Shown here in pieces: positions 1-4,312 of a stretch of DNA of 4,312 nt. Source of the stretch: Escherichia coli. Lineage in GTDB: Bacteria > Pseudomonadota > Gammaproteobacteria > Enterobacterales > Enterobacteriaceae. Position numbers and translations under genes: made by a program. Position 1 is the stretch's first letter. The number at the start of each line of letters is the position of its first letter. The stretch is taken from assembly GCF_003334305.1 (NCBI RefSeq), contig NZ_QOWS01000050.1, one strand, 5' to 3'. The notes beneath the pieces are model-generated. The model was not told the origin of the DNA, did not search any database, and worked only from the letters and a program-made list of their open reading frames with translations.

Positions 1-248
<248 letters not shown>

Positions 249-326
249 TCACCACATCAACCAGGCAACATGCCCGACTTGTTGAATGCAATAAACAGAA
301 GGAAAAAACAGGGAGGAGAAAAGAAG

Positions 327-402
327 TGGTGCTGATAGGCAGATTCGAACTGCCGACCTCACCCTTACCAAGGGTGCGCTCTACCAACTGAGCTATATCA
401 GC
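327..402 (-). tRNA. thrT: tRNA-Thr (anticodon GGU), 76 nt with encoded CCA
   Basis: Reverse complement gives GCTGATATAGCTCAGTTGGTAGAGCGCACCCTTGGTAAGGGTGAGGTCGGCAGTTCGAATCTGCCTATCAGCACCA: cloverleaf-compatible, anticodon loop CTTGGTAA, T-loop GTTCGAATC, 3' CCA. Confidence 0.95.
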
Positions 403-408
403 ACATCT

Positions 409-483
<75 letters not shown>

Positions 484-599
484 ATCCTGGAACTCGGCTA
501 CCTGATTTTCATTCTGCACTGAATATCGAGAGAAGCTCTCTTTATTCGAGCCGGTAAGCGAACTTATCGTCTCGGGCTACGCCATCGCGTGGCCGAAAT

Positions 600-684
<85 letters not shown>

Positions 685-692
685 GGACTTGA

Positions 693-768
<76 letters not shown>

Positions 769-782
769 ATCAAGTAGCGCGC

Positions 783-811
783 ATTCTATGGAGACATGCG
801 AGTTCATGCAA
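783..811 (-). promoter_or_regulatory. Sigma70 promoter of the thrU-tyrU-glyT-thrT-tufB operon (-35 TTGCAT, 17-bp spacer, -10 TAGAAT, GC-rich discriminator)
   Basis: Minus strand reads TTGCAT (806..811) - GAACTCGCATGTCTCCA - TAGAAT (783..788) - GCGCGCTACTTGAT, then thrU starts at 768. The GCGCGC discriminator is typical of stringently controlled stable-RNA promoters. Start site inferred about 7 nt downstream of the -10; the leader is very short. Confidence 0.6.
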
Positions 812-905
812 CTAAAAAATTGCATAATTTGTTTTATTGGTCACATTTTATGCGACACGATGAAGAAACAGCCGAACGGAGGGCAGATTAGCACACTTTT
901 TCAAC
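812..905 (-). promoter_or_regulatory. AT-rich upstream activating region of the thrU(tufB) promoter (UP-element-like A/T tract; probable FIS-binding region)
   Basis: Immediately upstream of the -35 the minus strand reads AAATTATGCAATTTTTTAG, followed by further AT-rich sequence. Stable-RNA promoters in E. coli typically carry UP elements and FIS sites here. Individual sites are not resolved by eye. Confidence 0.35.
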
Positions 906-915
906 ATCATTGTGC

Positions 916-944
916 TCAACAATGCGCTCCTGCTAAACCATAAT
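916..944 (+). promoter_or_regulatory. Candidate sigma70 promoter for coaA (-35 TCAACA, 17-bp spacer, -10 CATAAT)
   Basis: tcaaca at 916..921 and cataat at 939..944 with 17-bp spacing; this would give a leader of about 180 nt to the coaA ATG. Hexamer match only; other weak candidates exist (for example tattat at 1013..1018). Confidence 0.25.
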
Positions 945-1129
945 TCTTTTTATCAGATGGAATATCTGTCACATTGCTTTTCAACGATAGCTTCCTGGCA
1001 GAGATTTTTTCTTATTATTCCTCCCCATCTGGTGTTACCCTCCTGCCCATTAACCCATTCAACAGAACTGTGACGCGCCATGGCAAATATCGCTTTGCCG
1101 ATAGAGCTATGACCGCCAGAAACATGCTT

Positions 1130-2080
1130 ATGAGTATAAAAGAGCAAACGTTAATGACGCCTTACCTACAGTTTGACCGCAACCAGTGGGCAGCTCTGCG
1201 TGATTCCGTACCTATGACGTTATCGGAAGATGAGATCGCCCGTCTCAAAGGTATTAATGAAGATCTCTCGTTAGAAGAAGTTGCCGAGATCTATTTACCT
1301 TTGTCACGTTTGCTGAACTTCTATATAAGCTCGAATCTGCGCCGTCAGGCAGTTCTGGAACAGTTTCTTGGTACCAACGGGCAACGCATTCCTTACATTA
1401 TCAGTATTGCTGGCAGTGTCGCGGTGGGGAAAAGTACAACCGCCCGTGTATTGCAGGCGCTATTAAGCCGTTGGCCGGAACATCGTCGTGTTGAACTGAT
1501 CACTACAGATGGCTTCCTTCACCCTAATCAGGTTCTGAAAGAACGTGGTCTGATGAAGAAGAAAGGCTTCCCGGAATCGTATGATATGCATCGCCTGGTG
1601 AAGTTTGTTTCCGATCTCAAATCCGGCGTGCCAAACGTTACAGCACCTGTTTACTCACATCTTATTTATGATGTGATCCCGGATGGAGATAAAACGGTTG
1701 TTCAGCCTGATATTTTAATTCTTGAAGGGTTAAATGTCTTACAGAGCGGGATGGATTATCCACACGATCCACATCATGTATTTGTTTCTGATTTTGTCGA
1801 TTTTTCGATATATGTTGATGCACCGGAAGACTTACTTCAGACATGGTATATCAACCGTTTTCTGAAATTCCGCGAAGGGGCTTTTACCGACCCGGATTCC
1901 TATTTTCATAACTACGCGAAATTAACTAAAGAAGAAGCGATTAAGACTGCCATGACATTGTGGAAAGAGATCAACTGGCTGAACTTAAAGCAAAATATTC
2001 TACCTACTCGTGAGCGCGCCAGTTTAATCCTGACGAAAAGTGCAAATCATGCGGTAGAAGAGGTCAGACTACGCAAATAA
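1130..2080 (+). CDS. coaA: Pantothenate kinase (type I, CoaA), 316 aa
   Basis: Translation from ATG 1130 ([20 protein letters not shown]...) to TAA 2078..2080 matches E. coli CoaA as I recall it, with the Walker A/P-loop motif GSVAVGKST. The six-frame ORF is open back to an ATG at 974, but the 316-aa form starting at 1130 is the one I recognise. Confidence 0.9.
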
Positions 2081-2085
2081 TTTGC

Positions 2086-2116
2086 AGGGGAGCGAATACT
2101 CCCCTTTCTTATTTTT
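2086..2116 (+). terminator. Rho-independent terminator of coaA (stem AGGGGAG/CTCCCCT, loop CGAATA, then T-rich tract)
   Basis: aggggag (2086..2092) pairs perfectly with ctcccct (2099..2105), followed by tttcttattttt. It starts 6 nt after the coaA stop codon. Confidence 0.65.
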
Positions 2117-3074
2117 CTGCACTACGCAGGGATATTTCACCGCCCATCCAGGGTTTTATTATTCCATCCTGCTCAAGTAATAAAGCCCCCTGTTTGTCTA
2201 TTCCGCGTGAAATGCCAAATATTTCTTTATCACCAATGATAAGTTTCACTGGGCGATTAATAAAATTATCCAGCTTTTCCCAGCGCGACAGATAAGGTGC
2301 CAATCCTTCTTGTTCGAAGAGTTCCAACGCAGCACGTAATTCACGTATTAGCATGGCCGCCAACGTATTACGATCGAGATTGATCCCCGCTTCCTGCAGC
2401 GTGATCCACCCCTGATTAACGACACTCTCTTCAACACGGCGCATTGCCATGTTGATCCCGGCTCCAATGACTATTTGCGCCGCATCGCCAGTTTTGCCAG
2501 TCAGCTCCACAAGAATGCCTGCCAGCTTGCGATCCTGCAGATAGAGGTCATTAGGCCATTTGACACGAACTTTATCTGCTCCCAGCTTGCGTAATACTTC
2601 CGCCATCACGATACCGATAACCAGACTTAAACCAATCGCCGCCGCCGGGCCTTGTTCCAGACGCCAGAACATCGACAAATATAAGTTTGCGCCAAAAGGC
2701 GAAAACCATTTCCGCCCCCGGCGACCACGGCCAGCCTGCTGGTATTCTGCAACACAGGCATCGCCCGATTTAAGCTCTCCGATACGATCAAGAAGGTACT
2801 GATTCGTGGAGTCAATAACTGGCAGCACGGCTACACTACCGCCATCCAGCTGACCCAATATCTGTTCAGCATTAAGTAACTGGATGGGCTCAGGCAGGCT
2901 GTATCCTTTACCCGGAACGGTAAAGACATCAACGCCCCAGTCACGCAGTGTCTGAATGTGTTTATTAATAGCCGCCCGGCTCATTCCCAGCGTTTCACCC
3001 AACTGCTCGCCAGAGTGAAATTCACCGTTCGCTAACAGGGCAATCAATTTCAGTGGCACGGTGTTATCCTTCAT
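2109..3074 (-). CDS. birA: Bifunctional biotin-[acetyl-CoA-carboxylase] ligase / bio operon repressor (BirA), 321 aa
   Basis: Minus-strand [50 protein letters not shown]... with an N-terminal helix-turn-helix and the biotin-binding loop GRGRRGRKW; length and sequence match E. coli BirA. Start ATG is the complement of 3072..3074; stop TAA is the complement of 2109..2111. Confidence 0.93.
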   Translation of the reverse strand: MKDNTVPLKLIALLANGEFHSGEQLGETLGMSRAAINKHIQTLRDWGVDVFTVPGKGYSLPEPIQLLNAEQILGQLDGGSVAVLPVIDSTNQYLLDRIGELKSGDACVAEYQQAGRGRRGRKWFSPFGANLYLSMFWRLEQGPAAAIGLSLVIGIVMAEVLRKLGADKVRVKWPNDLYLQDRKLAGILVELTGKTGDAAQIVIGAGINMAMRRVEESVVNQGWITLQEAGINLDRNTLAAMLIRELRAALELFEQEGLAPYLSRWEKLDNFINRPVKLIIGDKEIFGISRGIDKQGALLLEQDGIIKPWMGGEISLRSAEK

Positions 3075-4099
3075 GAAATTGTCTCCACTGCGCTCACTTC
3101 ACCTGATGCACCAATAAAGCGGACTTCAGGCTCAAGCCAGACATTAAATTTTTCACCCACTTTTTGTCTTACATGGTGTGCCAGTTGCACCACATCTTCG
3201 CTTTTTGCATTGTCTTCATTAATGAGAACTAACGCCTGTTGACGGTGCACCGCAGCCCCACCCATTTGCATCCCTTTTAGCTGGCACTGATCAATAAGCC
3301 AACCTGCTGCCAGTTTTACTGAACCACCCGCCTGGGGGTAATTTGGTGCTGTTGGAAATTGCGCCAGTAATGCTTTAGCCGTTTCGGCAGATACAACAGG
3401 GTTTTTGAAGAAACTACCGGCATTGCCATTCACTTTTGGATCAGGGAGTTTGGTGGTGCGCATATGACACACCGCATTAAATACTTGCTGTGGCGTTACT
3501 GTTGTAGGATCCAGACGAGTTAAGTCACCATACGTTAGTACAGGTTGCCACTCTTTTGGCAGACGCAGACCTACGGCTAAAATGGCGAAGCGATCCTGGT
3601 ATTCATGTTTAAAAATACTGTCGCGATAGCCAAAACGGCACTCTTTGGCAGTTAAGCGCACTTGCTTGCCTGTCGCCAGTTCAACACAATCAACATAAGC
3701 GCAAACTCGCTGTAATTCTACGCCATAAGCACCAATATTCTGGATAGGTGATGAGCCGACACAACCAGGAATTAATGCCAGATTTTCCAGACCAGGCATA
3801 CCTTCCTGCAAAGTGTATTTTACCAGGCGATGCCAGTTTTCTCCGGCTCCTACATGTAAATACCACGCATCAGGTTCATCATGAATTTCGATACCTTTGA
3901 TCCGGTTGATGATCACCGTGCCGCGATAGTCTTCCAGAAAAAGTACATTACTTCCTTCACCCAGAATAAGAACGGGTTGTCCTTCTGCGGTTGCATACTG
4001 CCAGGCATTGAGTAATTGTTGTTCGTCTTCGGCACATACAATGTGCTGAGCATTATGATCAATGCCAAATGTGTTCCAGGGTTTTAAGGAGTGGTTCAT
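3071..4099 (-). CDS. murB: UDP-N-acetylenolpyruvoylglucosamine reductase (MurB), 342 aa
   Basis: Minus-strand [57 protein letters not shown]... matches E. coli MurB (FAD-binding reductase of peptidoglycan precursor synthesis). Start ATG is the complement of 4097..4099; stop TGA is the complement of 3071..3073, overlapping the birA start. Confidence 0.93.
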   Translation of the reverse strand: MNHSLKPWNTFGIDHNAQHIVCAEDEQQLLNAWQYATAEGQPVLILGEGSNVLFLEDYRGTVIINRIKGIEIHDEPDAWYLHVGAGENWHRLVKYTLQEGMPGLENLALIPGCVGSSPIQNIGAYGVELQRVCAYVDCVELATGKQVRLTAKECRFGYRDSIFKHEYQDRFAILAVGLRLPKEWQPVLTYGDLTRLDPTTVTPQQVFNAVCHMRTTKLPDPKVNGNAGSFFKNPVVSAETAKALLAQFPTAPNYPQAGGSVKLAAGWLIDQCQLKGMQMGGAAVHRQQALVLINEDNAKSEDVVQLAHHVRQKVGEKFNVWLEPEVRFIGASGEVSAVETIS

Positions 4100-4104
4100 A
4101 GCTG

Positions 4105-4111
4105 CTTTCCT
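4105..4111 (-). promoter_or_regulatory. Shine-Dalgarno sequence for murB (AGGAAAG, about 8 nt upstream of the ATG)
   Basis: Minus strand reads CATCAGGAAAGCAGCT-ATG. Confidence 0.55.
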
Positions 4112-4190
4112 GATGCAAAAACGAGGCTAGTTTACCGTATCTGTGGGGGGATGGCTTGTAGATATGACGACAGGAAGAGTTTGTAGAAAC

Positions 4191-4222
4191 GCAAAAAGGC
4201 CATCCGTCAGGATGGCCTTCTG
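4191..4222 (-). terminator. rrnB distal terminator T2 (stem AAGGCCATCC/GGATGGCCTT, loop TGAC, then T-tract on the minus strand)
   Basis: Minus strand reads AGAAGGCCATCCTGACGGATGGCCTTTTTGCG: a perfect 10-bp stem followed by TTTTT. I recognise it as the rrnB T2 terminator also carried on common expression vectors. It terminates transcripts arriving from beyond the right edge of the window. Confidence 0.75.
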
Positions 4223-4226
4223 CTTA

Positions 4227-4266
4227 ATTTGATGCCTGGCAGTTTATGGCGGGCGTCCTGCCCGCC
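4227..4266 (-). other. 5S rRNA 3'-end-like remnant in the rrnB T1-T2 spacer
   Basis: Minus strand reads GGCGGGCAGGACGCCCGCCATAAACTGCCAGGCATCAAAT; the last 18 nt (AACTGCCAGGCATCAAAT) equal the 3' end of E. coli 5S rRNA plus the first trailer bases, preceded by a 7-bp hairpin (GGCGGGC/GCCCGCC). It is not a full 5S gene; the authentic rrfB would lie beyond the right edge of the window. Confidence 0.6.
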
Positions 4267-4312
4267 ACCCTCCGGGCCGTTGCTTCGCAACGTTCAAATC
4301 CGCTCCCGGCGG

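Noticed and set aside
250-300. Possible internal promoter for tufB in the thrT-tufB spacer (TTGCAT / TTGATG hexamers on the minus strand)
   Set aside because: No matching -10 hexamer at 16-18 bp spacing; the arrangement is consistent with tufB being expressed from the upstream tRNA promoter.
953-1147. 64-aa ORF on the minus strand
   Set aside because: It is antisense to the coaA leader and start region, with no ribosome-binding site or recognisable motif; I judge it spurious.
1662-1844. 60-aa ORF on the minus strand inside coaA
   Set aside because: Antisense to a well-supported CDS, with no start-site signals.
974-2080. 368-aa extended version of coaA starting at ATG 974
   Set aside because: The recognised CoaA is 316 aa starting at MSIKEQ (1130). 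The upstream 52 codons are low-complexity and lack a Shine-Dalgarno sequence, and a candidate promoter -10 (1013..1018) would fall inside this extension. Kept only as a low-interest finding about alternative starts.
2560-2815. Two mutually overlapping ORFs (80 aa on the + strand at 2560..2802; 62 aa on the minus strand at 2627..2815) inside birA
   Set aside because: Both are alternative-frame or antisense ORFs within the birA coding region; their R/P/A-rich composition is what GC-rich off-frame translation produces, and neither has a ribosome-binding site.

Overview
This window is a well-known enterobacterial core locus (Escherichia coli-type), shown in reverse orientation relative to the usual map; I find no support for a novel or undescribed system. 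Every gene except coaA lies on the minus strand. Left to right on the + strand: the 5' end of tufB (EF-Tu, partial); the four tRNA genes co-transcribed with it (thrT, glyT, tyrU, thrU) and their promoter; a 361-bp divergent intergenic region; coaA (pantothenate kinase, + strand); birA (biotin ligase/repressor) and murB (UDP-N-acetylenolpyruvoylglucosamine reductase), which overlap by 4 bp; and the distal end of the rrnB terminator region (T2 hairpin and a 5S-like 3'-end remnant). All identifications come from reading the sequence and ORF translations and from recognising them against known E. coli sequences from memory; no database search was run. There are no mobile elements, CRISPR arrays, or defence or toxin genes. 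The findings are modest, mostly architectural observations about RNA processing and regulatory signals.
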